Source: Tubulanus polymorphus
Taxonomy: Eukaryota > Animalia > Nemertea
Assembly (NCBI RefSeq): GCF_964204645.1
Contig: NC_134036.1
Location: 744,001-808,000 of the forward strand
Direction: 5' to 3'
Length of the DNA: 64,000 bases
The number at the start of each line of letters is the position of its first letter. Position 1 is the stretch's first letter. Shown here one piece after another: positions 26,771 to 40,488 of the stretch. The notes beneath the pieces were generated by a model. That model had not been told where the DNA came from and did no database searches. It worked only from the letters and a program-made list of their open reading frames with translations. A program made the position numbers and the translations under genes.

Positions 26771-28162
26771 CAGGTATTCATGTATATATTGACACAGGGG
26801 CCCGTTTTATAGACTGACATTATACCTTTAACCCTGGGATTAACTCAAGTCAAGCCCGGGCCCAGGTTAGGATTATGGTGATATTATAGGTGACAATAAT
26901 GCACGTATTATTTTGACTCTCCCTTTGGCCCGAACAAACAATTCAAAAGAGCACAAAATCTAAACCGAGACCATCAGGGCCATCCGTACTAAACAAGGAG
27001 AATGCTTAGAATGTCGTAATTTGGAAATTTTTGGAGCCACCCTTATCGTATACATACATTAAAGCAAACATGGCTTCATGCAATTTATGTCAACGACTTT
27101 CTCGACGTCAACCCCTTTATTTATCTGAGAATATTCACATCGATAAAAACAGTTTAACTTTCAACTAATATAGCTGAGTAAAGCGTCAAATAGTCTATAT
27201 ATCTGTCCTCATATTCTGACTGGTAGATATTTCCTTTGTCATTTTATCCAGAAAACATGTAGAATACACTTGAGAATTTCCGTGTGAGATATTAACATGT
27301 CACATTCATTAATCAGTAACATCGAACGAGTAGTTCACAAACAGCCGCACCCTTCAACTAGTCAACTAGTCTCAACCGGTTAACCAGTCAATCTCGCGCG
27401 CATACGCCTATATAGTCGCACGCGAGATGAGAAATATCTCATTTTCACGGAGAATAAAGAGAAACCAGTGATATAGACGAAATCATATAACATCGCATAT
27501 AAAAAAGATTCCGAAATATTTTCTTGAGATCTTCAGGAATTGTGTAGATCTTTAGAAAAGTCTTGTAGAGTAGATACGTCATTCCTGATTATCACGGTTC
27601 CAAATAAACAAGAGTTTATTATTTTCACGTTTGATCTAGTCGAAGCTAGTAAGTCGATCTGTCAACATTCTCTAAACACAAAACAATCTGAAATGGTTCC
27701 TCGATCTCAAGTGTAGTTTATTCGACGTTTTGGCTATTTGCTAATTGTCACCGTAAGGAATACAATAGAAGTTTTGGACCTCTGGAATGTGGCGTAGAAA
27801 AATAAACTAGAGTTTACAGTCTACGCACTGAGCTATTTGATCATTTAAATAGAAGGGTTAGAGCTGTGAAGATTCTCTGATTATCGAATTTTTTGTCGTT
27901 GCGATGAAACGCGAGAATGATGGCAATTTACGCACCATTTTTTTTTGTTGTCAATCGAACTAAGTGTTTTTTCTCGTTACTAATGAAGACATGTTTTTAG
28001 AGAGATTTACTCCGAGCCGAGTCCGAGCCGAGAGAGGAGAGGATCTGTTCTGTGAGTCACCTGTTTGCATTCCGAATAGACAGACATAAATCTTCTTTAC
28101 ACGAATGAGATTCACTCTCGCTCTGTTGAGTTTGATGTCCTTACAGTCACCGCTGCTGATGC

Positions 28163-28194
<32 letters not shown>

Positions 28195-28660
28195 CTGGTG
28201 ATGCCGGTGCTGTTGCTGAGAGCAAATAAAAAACCTCTTCAATGATGACGAGTCTCGAGACCGGTGAGAGCGAGAGTAATCTCACAATCTGAGAATCTCA
28301 CAATCTCATTCTCTCACTCTCTCGCTCTCATACGGAAAATCCGATCAAACAGGTTTCATACGATCAACAGTTAACTGACACCATTGTTGCTGTAGTCGTC
28401 GTGGAAAAAATGACGATTCAAAGAACGATATAGGATCCTCAAGATCGGGAGCATCAAGAACATTTTTATGAAATACATTCAAATATTTCTAAGCAACATC
28501 CGGTCAATTCAACCAGATTCCGGTCCATGGTCCACGGTAGGACAGAGTTGCTCGAGGTTTGAGTGTAATGAAATAGTAACCCTCGTTTTAGAAGATCTCT
28601 CGCAAAACTATTCCAACTCTTTTCAACCTCAGAGGACATTCTACAAGGAGAAATATTTGT

Positions 28661-28916
28661 CAGGGGCAGATCCAAGGGGGGCGGGGCCGTGTTTTTTGCG
28701 AAGATAACATTTTCACATCCAGGCTTATGAAAGTTACACACACTGTAGCAAATTTAATTATTACGTTCTAGAATCACTCCAGATATTATGGAATTTTTTT
28801 CAAACTTTTCTTTGGGAGGAACCCCAAATCATTGTAAGTTGCTCGCAGTAAACTACCAAGCGCACAACTAGGACAACTAGGAGATGTTTAGAGCCCCCTT
28901 TTGACAATTCCTAGAT
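28661..28916. mobile_element. Degenerate hAT-like MITE (CAGGGGCAGATCCA end)
   Basis: Left end is typical of CAGGGGCGGATCCAG elements; the right end is eroded. Confidence 0.35.
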
Positions 28917-29576
28917 TTTATTGTCAATGAAAATGTAGCCAAATTTTACCAAGAAAGACCAGCTGCCATGAAATGCAAGACGAGATGGATGTGATGGACG
29001 ATGTGGTTATTGTGACGATGACTCACTCATTTACACTTCGTCCTCCTCCTAGAGTACGGTTGATAAGCTTCCCGCACGGAACTAACGGTAAGCGCTATGA
29101 CAACGGTATTTACTGCGTTCAACACGAACGAACGCAGACGACTTAATTAAATATCGCAACAGATGACGGGATGAGGGGGGATGGGGGGTGAGGGGAGGAG
29201 AGGTGATATCTCGGAATAAACCCCGACTCATAACTTCCTCTTCCCGTCGCTTCGCTCTCGAAATCATTACGAAAATTGATTTTCTATTTCGACGTATACA
29301 AACAAAAGAGTATCGTTTTCATTTCCGTATCGTCGGAGATAAAAATGAAATGAGATTCTCGCGCGCTCGCGCTTGAGATTCTCAACAAGTGACGACGATG
29401 ACGGATGATTCATATTTCAGTCGTTGATTCCTTCGAGTTCACGCGAAGAGAGATTTAACGTAACTCACTAACGAGTGGTTCACAAAATCTGGAAACTCGA
29501 ATACAAAACAAGTTGATGAAAAAAATTGAGAAATAATTCAAAATATTTGTGGCATATTCAATATAGATTCAACTAA

Positions 29577-29812
29577 GGCCATCCCAAAATAATCGTCTGT
29601 TTGCCGTAACACCGACTCAAGTTTTCAGGATGAGTCCTGTAGGTAGGTAAAAATATCATTTTGCAAAATTTTAGGGCGAAAAAACAAATTTATCACCTAT
29701 GTATGGAAATAATATCCAAAATAAAATTTACTTCAATGAATCCCAAAAAAAGTTTTCACTCGGTCCCTTTGAAGTCGGGTTACGGCAGACAGACCGTTAT
29801 TTTGGGATGGCC
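29577..29812. mobile_element. MITE with about 40-bp TIRs (Harbinger-like)
   Basis: GGCCATCCCAAAATAA..GTCTGT.TGCCGTAAC.CCGACT is mirrored at the right end; flanks are TAA/TGA. Confidence 0.75.
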
Positions 29813-30601
29813 TGATCTCTTGCTAGAGGTCGAATTGATGAACTCTGGTGGATTGTCCACATTTTTTTCAGATATCAGAATTTTTCACATTTCTCGGGTC
29901 AAGATACGGATCTGGACGGATTAAAATAGAATTTCTTGAAATTGTATACAGCTTGCTCATAAATTCTGAGCTCCACAGCATATAGCATAATGATCTAACA
30001 GTTTTTTTCATAATTTTTCAAGCGAGCTTCCACTTTTTCACATGTTTCTGCATCAATTTGGAATTTTCTTGATATTTCACCCATTTTCATGGTTTTTCAT
30101 ATTCTAATAAGTTTTTTGATATTTTTTTAAAATGATTTTCTGAGCAAACATCCATTTTTTACATTTTTCCACATCAATCTGACCCTCGAGAAAACGGCAA
30201 GGATTTACTTCCGTAGACAGGTCGCCAGTCGTAGAAATAAGGCTCAATAATAACTGTAAAGATCACTGACAGTGACTCACCGACTACCTGCACATCAAAA
30301 AGCAACATTTCGGGAGGTTAAAAATCGTCTGATTCAAAAGTCTTGTACAACGTCGATATGGATCTCGAGCGCTTCGTCAAAAAAAACGCCTCCATTCAAT
30401 ATGGCTGAGTCATCGTATCGCGTTGCAGGTACCGCGTGACAGCCAGGTAGAATAACCGCAGAATTCTCCATCTCGGAGAGCAGACGGATGAATAGTAAAT
30501 CTATTCGACACTGGATGCTGCGGATGCTGCGGATGCCGCGATCGCGAAGGTCGATTTTCATTAACGATGAAATTATTGTAGAGAGAAATATTAAAACTTC
30601 A

Positions 30602-30745
30602 GGCCGGTTCCATAGTCATGGCTTAGACTTACGACCAATTTAAGACCATCTTAGTTCTATAACCGATCTAACAACTTACGACCAGTCTTAGAATTTAGAA
30701 TTTAAGAACATTTTTGGACTTAAGTCTCAACTGAGGAACCGGCCC
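30602..30745. mobile_element. MITE family A, opposite orientation to the 33846 copy
   Basis: Near reverse complement of 33846-33983; GGCCGGTTCC TIRs with CAG flanks. Confidence 0.75.
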
Positions 30746-32717
30746 CAGTTTGAGGGATTATGGCCTGAAAAAGGTTTACGGTGAAAACATGCGGTAAAAG
30801 ATGCAGTAAAAGTGGCATCTTTGACGTTGCGTGTGACAAATAATGATTCTTTAAAGATAAAACTACTGAAGTAACTCCTCGCACGAAAAGGAAAGTGTGT
30901 CACGATTAAGAGATTTGAAGTTTTCTTTGAATTAGATTCACGGCCTTTTTCTCAATTAATTCGATGGAAAATGAATTAGGTCAGCCTCGGGTTAAAGCTA
31001 ACGCCAGTCTATCAACCGGGCCCAGATGAGTTTGAAATGCTTTATTTACCGAAGTAGTAAGCAAACATTTTTAGTTTGACTATTCCCTGCGGGGCCGGGA
31101 ACTGGAGAACTATAAGCAAAACGTGAGCAGCATACTCAATAACCTGAAGAGATAACAGCAACTCGCTCAAATAGGACAACTATAACAAGAACTGTACATT
31201 TGTGGTGCAAATAATGACTCAAAGATATGATCCCGAGAGAGGGCGCCATAGGGCTTACTCACAAATCATGAGCGACCGACCGATGGACGGACGCAACAGA
31301 GTGAAATAAAACAATTAGAACCCCGAGAGACGACGCGAGTCTTACTCATCTCTCCCGGCAACAACGTGTCACTTAACGTGACTTGAATTCAACGTAAGAT
31401 TTATGACCGTGAGCAATTCAACGGAGTCGACTCTCGGGATGACTCCCGGGACGACCGACCGACCGACCGAGCGACTCCGAGCACGGCGGCGGCGGCAGAC
31501 GTAAAGTTTTATTACCCATAGCAACAGATATATCAATAAATTACGCGCAGTCGAGAGTCACAAACACTGAATTAAAAATAGTCGATTAACAAGAAGAGTT
31601 GAAGTCATTTGTCTTCATAAAAATAAATCGATAGTCGAATAGTCATTACATCCTCCCCCTGCATATCATCGTAGAGACGCAAGGCTTTAAACCTTAATCT
31701 CTGCATATATACAAAACCCTGCCTACCCTTTCTCATATCCTCCATACGCGTAGAGATGCAATGAATCAAACCTTGGTCACGTCATAAGTACAAAACCCTG
31801 CACCGTCCTCCCTCATATCCTCCAGCAGCAGAGATTTTAAAGGGAGATTTTTAGAGATTCTAGAAGAGAGTCATAATGAGTACAAAGACCCATCCTCCCT
31901 CAGCAGTGCCTCACAGGACCAGCGTATCCTTGAATTGGAGAATGTTTGCAAGGATACAAACCGCAATGATATCAATATACAAATCCCAGCCCTGGTTAAC
32001 CAATCCTCTTTCAACTCATTAACCCATCCTCTTTGGTCAAGGGACTCAAACCTGATGGTGTTGCAAAGTATGAATCTGCACCCCATTTAACATATCATCC
32101 CTCACAAGGATTGAAATGTGTTGTCACCGTACAAACCCCAGCCATAGTAAGCTATCATTCTTGGGCAACAATTTGAACCTATAGGCGGTATCGCGGAGTA
32201 CTCCAAGGTTCTATTGTGATGCCCCGATCATAAACCTACAAGATCCCTCACACCACTTCACTTTAGTAGTTTATGTAAACTTTCAGTTTCTCATTCTAAA
32301 GGAAAAACTTTCTCGTAAAAAAAAGACTTCGATGGCACAGAAATAACTGAATAGTTCGAAGGAAAAACTTTCCAAAAATCTCTGAATCTTGTAAAAGACT
32401 TTGATCGCGCAGAAATAGACGAATAGTTTATGTAACCTTTCAGTAAAACTCAGTAAACATCTCATACATATCGTTTCTACTGCTGTTCAGCTACAATATC
32501 ACTACTGGAGTACTCATAGATAAATATCATCATCATCATCTGAGGAGGATGAGGCTGCGTTTTGAATGGTATCCGTATCAGTTGCAACATCCACAGCATC
32601 CCGATGAATGAAGGATACATTCTTGACGTTCGTTCGACGGATGAGGATCGGAAAAAAATGGTTACGTACACAAACAAACTGTTTATTCTACGGAGGAGGT
32701 TTGAAGAGTTGTTACTA

Positions 32718-32720
<3 letters not shown>

Positions 32721-32793
<73 letters not shown>
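32721..32793 (+). repeat. (CTG)24 microsatellite
   Basis: Direct inspection; shorter CTG/CAG tracts at about 28150, 44200 and 49880. Confidence 0.95.
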
Positions 32794-33163
32794 AGTTGTA
32801 AAATTAACAAAACCTTGATCTCATCATGAATAGAAAACGCCACCTTGTGTCCTCCATCAGTTAACTAAATGAATTGGTTATAAAAGCACGAAAACTGAAA
32901 CAAGATAAAGATGATAAAAACAAAATCAACGAGTCCAAGAAAACTAAAGCCGAACAAGAACTGGTCCGGTTAAAAAGACGACCATTGCTGAAGAATATAG
33001 AGAACTATGAGCACCAATGACATTCCTAAATATAGATCATCTAATCGATATCAATACGGCCAACATGAGTATTAACAATGTCGAAGTCTAAAACCTCAGG
33101 ACAGTCAAGTAGAATTACACATTATAGACATAGGTCTATAAAACAATGAACATCGTCAACCAG

Positions 33164-33283
33164 CGGCTGGTTGTATACAGTCATGACTGAAGTCTAAAAG
33201 TGGTCTTAAATCATAAGACTGGTCTCAAGTTGTTCAATCGGCTATAGAACTAAGTCTAAACTATGACTAAACGGAATTGGACC
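33164..33283. mobile_element. MITE family A, degenerate copy
   Basis: Shares the aagtggtcttaaatc...gactggtc...gctatagaactaag core. Confidence 0.6.
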
Positions 33284-33845
33284 CTGATCTACAACATTTC
33301 ATAAAATTAGATCATCGAAACATTGCATAAGAAATATTGATGAAGCCAAAATGAATATGATCAACAATCCTAAATATGGAACAAATATCATCTAAATGAT
33401 TATCCATCCTATAAAAGACATTGATGAGTACAACATGAATATCAAACATGTTGAGGTCTTTATCTAAGACCTAGTATTACACTCAGTATCGAGTCGTTTC
33501 ATTCATTTTTAAGCGGTGGAATTCACGCAGGCACCGCATCGTTTTTCTGAGTGATGTTTTTGACGAACGAACAAGGCTCATCTCAATAGGAGGCGGCTAT
33601 TAAAACGATGTTCGGCGCGTTGTAACAACGTTTACTATAGGCAACATACGCAGACTATGAGACTACGATAAACACAAACCACTTCTATAAATCTAACGTA
33701 GATCAATAGATTCTTCTGTCTATGAAGTTAGATTTTGAACGTCGAAAAAAATTGAAGTTTTCAATCCAGATCTAGATGTAATACACCCCTCGAACATAGC
33801 TGGTATCGACCCCCATCTCCGTTCAGGGTAGGGCCACGGATCCTG

Positions 33846-33983
33846 GGGCCGGTTCCTCAGTTAAGACTTAAGTCCAAAAATGGTCTTAGATTTTAAGAAT
33901 GGTCTTAAATTGTTAGATTGGTTATAGAACTAAGATGGTCTTAAATTCGTCTTAAGTCTAAGCCATGAATATGGAACTGGGCC
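33846..33983. mobile_element. Harbinger-like MITE family A, intact copy
   Basis: TIRs GGGCCGGTTCC / GGAACTGGGCC with CTG target duplication. Confidence 0.78.
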
Positions 33984-35269
33984 CTGACCTGTATGATTTT
34001 GAAATTATGATGGAACATGTTACGATCAAAACTGAAATGTTGAAACGTATGAATGATCAAGAACGCGGTGGTTATGATAATCGGAAAAGTTCTCGTTAAA
34101 GAACTCGAGGGAGGAAGAACTTCATGACCTTTGATGGAACTTGTGAGTATATACAATAGTCCACAAGGACGGTGCAGAAAGAGGAGAGGAGGAAAGTGAA
34201 GGATGTAAAGAAGAGCGAGGAGGAATGCTTGTGTCTGATACAGAATAGGCGATATGCTGCATGTAATGTTGATACGGCGGTCTTGTAAACTGTAATTACT
34301 AACATGTAGTTGTCAGTAGCTGAAACTGATAGATCTGTTTATTGATGTTCTTAAACATCGGATAAACAACATCGATCCCAATTACATCTTCATCTTTATT
34401 CTATACTGATCCACAGTCGACTACAAGAACAACATCTTTATTTCTTCATCTCTCTCTCTCTCCGCAACCGCAGAGCAAATATTAGCTCTCCTTCATCGGG
34501 AAATCTTTTACGGATTTTTTACCTCGCGATTCGAGATCGCCTTTTGCTTTTTCTCACATCCATAACTTCATAAAGGTTATGAAAACAAATCAACTGTATA
34601 CATAGGTCAAAGTTAAGTTGCCCAAAACCATAAACCATTGTTCAGTTACTTGTAACGATGCAGGGTTAGATACGGATTAGTTTGATCCAATGAATTCCAA
34701 TTATTTCACATACTAATAATGAATCTACGCAGTCACTTTCGCAAGTAACTGAACAATGGTTTATGGTTTTGGGTTTTTGACCTATACGCACTGCTAAATA
34801 CCTAATACTGAAATATGCGAAGTTTGAAAATTTTTCCAGATTTGTTAAAATCATTTTTTCCACCGAAGAGTAGCAGATAGATGCTTCGACTAGTGGTCTT
34901 TCTGCGGTTAATTTGAATCAATGAATTTGAGATCAAACGTTTCATCTGGAAACCCGACTGAACCGATGGCAAGCTGTATACTGCTACACTGTGATCACCG
35001 CAATCTATTCCATTTGAACTCTCTACGACAATGAGACAAACCCTATTAGAACCCGCACGACTGAACACGAAAGGTTCTTTTAAAAAACAGCAACACAAAG
35101 CGGAGGCAGGCAGACAGTCCCTAAACCGCTGTCTCATCACTAACATTTACAATACATGTCCGGTGCTTGTATGTACAAGTGCTTCGGGCTTTTTCATGTG
35201 GTACAATCTTAATCTAGATTCTGTCTTTGAAGAGTTTGCAGCATCAAAAGAAAGAATGAACTGGTCGCG

Positions 35270-35500
35270 GGGAGCTCAGAGAAGAACAACAGAAAGAAAC
35301 TCTGTCACCGTCAGCATTCAAACTATATCTTTTTAGCTGACAACTACAGAAAGACTCAAACTATCAGAGGAGAGCTCAGAGAACTACAAAAAGAAACTCT
35401 GTGACTGTCAGGATTCAAACTTTCAATTGTCAGGGGTGGAGAGCTCAGAGAAGAACTACAGAAAGAAACTCTGTCACTGTCAGGATCCAACTATGAATTG
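35270..35500 (+). repeat. Second, more degenerate array of the 72-bp unit
   Basis: gagctcagagaagaactacagaaagaaactctgtcactgtcaggat is shared with 1480-1764. Confidence 0.8.
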
Positions 35501-36665
35501 TTTCAGTGGACAGCTTACTAACAAACCAGACATTAAGCTAGAAAGAGCTAAACGATGTTTTCTCCTGGGTGGGAAACTAATACGTTATATGTTTTTTAAA
35601 CGATTGTTTATAAGTTTAAAACCTGTCCAGATGTCGGTATATTCTGTTGTTTATCAATGCTACTAAACCTCTCTCTCTCTGCAGCGAGATCAGCAGCAGT
35701 AGTAGTGATGTTTTATATCTATACCAACGAAACACCTGCAACTTTCGATGTATTATCAGTAATAGTAGCAGGTGTGCAGACAGTTCGAGAGATCGATGTT
35801 GATAAAACTATACAGATTTCTGACGTAAATTCAACCACTAATTCAACCACTAATACCACCAATTCAACCACTAATACCACCGGTATATTCATTGTAGTAT
35901 AAACATTTAGATATTCATTGATACAAGCCAAGGGACAGTCCTACGGTCATAGCTTAAGACTTACGACACACAACTGTTCACACGGGTGCCAAATAGGAGT
36001 TAATATTTTTTCTAGAAGTTAATACTTTTCGTGAAGCCGGGTCAACAGTCCAGTTGCACAAAGCGTCTGATAAAAAACAGTTGAGTTTGAATTGTTGTCC
36101 TCATTGAAAACATGAAGGAATCAATACAGCGATCAACCCAAAAATTGTTAGTTTTTTTGTGAAAACCAGACCCAGACCTACTAGAAAGTAAGTTCTCGAC
36201 CTATAAGCTCGTCAAACTCAAGTCGGGAATGACGAGTACGTTGTCCAAAATCCGGGGTAGTTGACATTTGTTGATTTCTTCATGAATGTAAAGAAACAAA
36301 GACCGAACACAACTTCAATAACGATCGTTTGCGTCGTCTCAACGACTGTATCTAAACCAATCTCAACAATGTCATCCTTGGCCTGTTTCCACTATTTTTT
36401 TCATATCCTTCAATCTGGCAGGGGAGATTTTTCTAGTGTCCTAAAATCAAGCCATCAATCCTCTGAAAGTGGTATTAAAACGACGGCTCGTCGTCCGTCT
36501 GAAGTTTTCACAAATACATTCAGTAAAAAGAAACCGATTTACGGCGCGTCACGTTTTTGAAGTGGCCCGTTTAAAATCGCGTTATATCTTCCGTGAAAAA
36601 AAATGCACTCTTCATAAAAACACAACCGACGACGAACGTCCTTGAATCTGAATTGACGGTATGAC

Positions 36666-36667
<2 letters not shown>

Positions 36668-36754
<87 letters not shown>
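36668..36754. repeat. (AT)n microsatellite
   Basis: Direct inspection. Confidence 0.95.
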
Positions 36755-36757
<3 letters not shown>

Positions 36758-38103
36758 TTAAGTATCGTATTGATGGTATTAAACTGTATATCATTGTATA
36801 TCATTTATCGTAATTCAAACTGCAACGATGAGAAAATCAGGAGAAAATCCTCGACAACAATCAGGGTCGTTGAGTTCCACCTTAACTTACTATGAAATTC
36901 AAATAACACAAGTATAGCAGCTGTTTGTAACGTATAGTATTTGGTTTTGAAGTAGAGGGGGGGTTGGTTTGTAGTATTTCGTTTGAGTTATCTCGTCGCC
37001 AACCGTGTCAACGATCGTCGTCGCCATGTCGTGCATTTTAACGGGCCGCTCGTTTATAGTATTCACGCACGGCTTGACACGGATTTTCCTCTCATCTCGG
37101 AGAAAAAGTGTGTAAATTGCAAGTCATTCTTTGTAGGAGAATCATACGATTAATATCCATCCTAGAAGCCGCACGCATTGACAGGAGGCAACACAGTCAC
37201 AGATTGAGAACCAGTGTTCATGAAAATGACTGTTTTAGATTATATTCTAAACGATAAGAGGAAGGGAGGTAGGGAGGTAGGAATAAGGAGGGTGGTAGGG
37301 AGAGGGAGGAAAGGAGGGAGAGGGAGAGAGGGAGGGGAGATGGAGAGGGAGAGGGAGGGGAGAGGGCGAGGGAGAGAGGAGAGGGAGAAAGAGAGGGGAG
37401 AGAGGGGAGGGAGAAAGAGGGAGGGAGAGAGGGGAGGGAGAGGGAGAGAGGGGAGGGAGAGGGAGGGGAGATGAGACGAGAGAAATGGAGAGGGAGAGAG
37501 GAGAGAGGCAGAGATGGAGAGAGAGTGGGAGGGGAAACGAGAGAGGGTGAGAGTAAGAGTCTAGTGTATAATATTCCAGCTATGCCCCTAAGTGGCTGAA
37601 TGTCAATAAATCGAATACTGATTTGATCTTTAAGTAGACAGTAATTTCTATGTTACACCTTACAATTACTGATCCACCTGTTCTATTGAAAACCTCAGCA
37701 ACCTCAGCAGCAGCAGCAGCAGCATCATCGATTCATCTTCGTTATCAGTTGCAGTATATTCCCTATTGGATGCTGCATCAACTGCTGCTGTGTAATCTAC
37801 GTTATCAGAGACACAGATGGTTGATTCCACGGTGAAGTGAGGAAAGATAAATCCTTCTTTCACCCGTGAAACCTAAGCTATTTTCTAAAACCAAAGTTCA
37901 ACAGTTGAGTTTGATGAAACCTGTTTCATTCATTCAAGCAAAAGTAACGAGTCAAAAAGTGATCGAATTAGAGAATAAAATAAACAACTGCTTCTGATTG
38001 CTGAGACGCGCCAACAAATCTTTAGAATTAAACAAAACCTCAAAAATGGATTAACAATGTACTCGATAGCGCTATTCAATGGGATTGAGGATCCACCGGT
38101 AGT

Positions 38104-38551
38104 CTGGGGTCCAGAACCCTAGCACAGCCCAGACTGGGGTCCAGAACCCTAGCACAGCCCAACCTGGGGTCCAGAACCCTAGCACAGCCCAGTCTGGGGT
38201 CCAGAACCCTAGCGCAGCCCAGCCTGGGGTCTAGAACCCTAGCGCAGCCAAGCCTGGGGTCCAGAACCCTAGCACAGCCCAGACTGGGGTCCAGAACCCT
38301 AGCACAGCCCAGCCTGGGGTCTAGAACCCTAGCGCAGCCAAGCCTGGGGTCCAGAACCCTAGCACAGCCAAGCCTGGGACCCAGAACCCTAGCACAGCCC
38401 AGACTGGGGTCCAGAACCCTAGCACAGCCCAGCCTGGGGTCCAGAACCCTAGCACAGCCAAGCCTGGGGTCCAGAACCCTAGCACAGCCAAGCCTGGGAC
38501 CCAGAACCCTAGCACAGCCCAGCCTGGGGTCCAGAACCCTACCACAGCCTA
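38104..38551 (+). repeat. 30-bp minisatellite ctggggtccagaaccctagcacagccc/aag (about 15 units)
   Basis: Exact 30-bp period. Confidence 0.95.
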
Positions 38552-39208
38552 GCTACAGATGGGTACATGGACTAGGAAATTATTGAGTAAAAATTCCCAA
38601 AAATTCAAAGAACCAATACGGTTACCGATTGCATATTCCTAGCTGATAGGTTATATTTCTCTTCCTATTAAAAGGATTTAAAAGGATGGTCGCACTTTGT
38701 TATTTTCGTCTTGCGGCGAAAACAAAGCAATTATCTTGTTTGAATCAAAATGTTTTCAATGCGTCAACAAAATAATTGCTTTATTTTCGCTGAAAGGCGG
38801 AAGTAACGAAAATACGAAAAATTGCGAGTTTTTCATGAATCGTCGTCAAGTAGGATCGCAATATAATTGATAACCAGTGAACGTACAGGAGGATGATGAG
38901 AAGGATGACTGACGAGACTGTAATTACTCAGACTCCCTCAGAGACTCCGACGAAGAGACTCCCTCAGAGACTCCGACGGAGAGACTCCCTCACAGACTCC
39001 AACGGAGAGACTCCCTCATATTTTGCCTCATGTTTTATTCCCTTTGTTGACGCATTGTTATATTTTACTGTAAAATCTTAATGGTGTCAATAAAGATTGA
39101 ATTGAATTCGTCGAACTAGAGCGAGTTCCCTTAAATTCAACTTTTCAGCTTTAGTTTCAGTAAAAACGTCGTTAGTTTTGAATCAAATTTTAGAATCGCA
39201 AAAACAAC

Positions 39209-39401
<193 letters not shown>

Positions 39402-40488
39402 GGGTAGTATACAGTCTATGTGTGGGGTTCAGGTAGTCGAATTGAATAAAACACTTGACATTCTAAATATCGAACTAACAGGCCAGAAAACGAATAGATT
39501 GTCAAACAGTAATTTGATATAGTTGACTTCGAGTTCTCTTCGCGAACAGACAACACGAGTTTTCTCACGGTGCACACGGGTCAAATTCTCAAAATCTCGT
39601 AATCGTCGAGTGATTTTTCGAGATACGTCGCGAGATTTTCGACAATGATTCGTGACAGAACACGACAGTAACGACGCGACCCCACTTTAAATTCCTCCTC
39701 GTTGTTGTCGTCTTTTTTCAGATTGAAACATGTAAATTTTTTCTGAGAAATTTTGCGAAAAATTTTCAACATATTTGAACTATATTCTAACACAACGGAG
39801 ACTTCAAACACATCTAATGCTAATGTTTCAGCTTTTAAGCTTCTTTCTATAATAAAATAATACATAAACGTTAACACTCAGTCAACTCAAACTCTTCATT
39901 CATACTCAATACCATTATATCGTTGAGCTTTTGGGTCTTTTTTCTGGAATAAGATGAAGTACGTATATTTCTCCCGAGACGTGAGACCTTTAACGCTCTA
40001 GTTTTGCTCGGTGCCAAGTACGCGCTTACGGAATGAATAACTAACGCCCTTGAAAATATCCCAGCTTCGAGGAGCCCGCTGCTCCTCGGGGCGAACAAGG
40101 TTTACGGTTTTATCGCACGCGCCGATCGTATGAATTATGATTTTGTTATGAATCTCACGACGTTAAAAAAAATGCGCTGGTTTTTAATATCTCCGTCATA
40201 GGCCGACGATATGGGTTGTTTAGTTTAGGTATAATTTACGAGATGAAATATGAACTGGCGCCAGTCGGTAAACAGAATACCTGTATTACTAGGCATCCAG
40301 AGTCTGTGTTAGTCTCCTCCAGAGTAAATCTTTAAAATGATTTTAATTTATAGATATATCTAAGTAATTCTACTAGGAGTGTTTCGTTAGAATTCGATCA
40401 AATTTCAACTATAAAACTAATGATTCTTTAGGTTTTCTTCGAGAACAATTCATTGATCTATTACATCGACATATAACATGTTTGAACG

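Noticed and set aside
27778-27840. tRNA-like fragments (A-box tagctcagt here; also about 24420-24480) and a SINE-like stretch at about 900-1050
   Set aside because: No cloverleaf or intact B-box; too degenerate to call without a repeat library.
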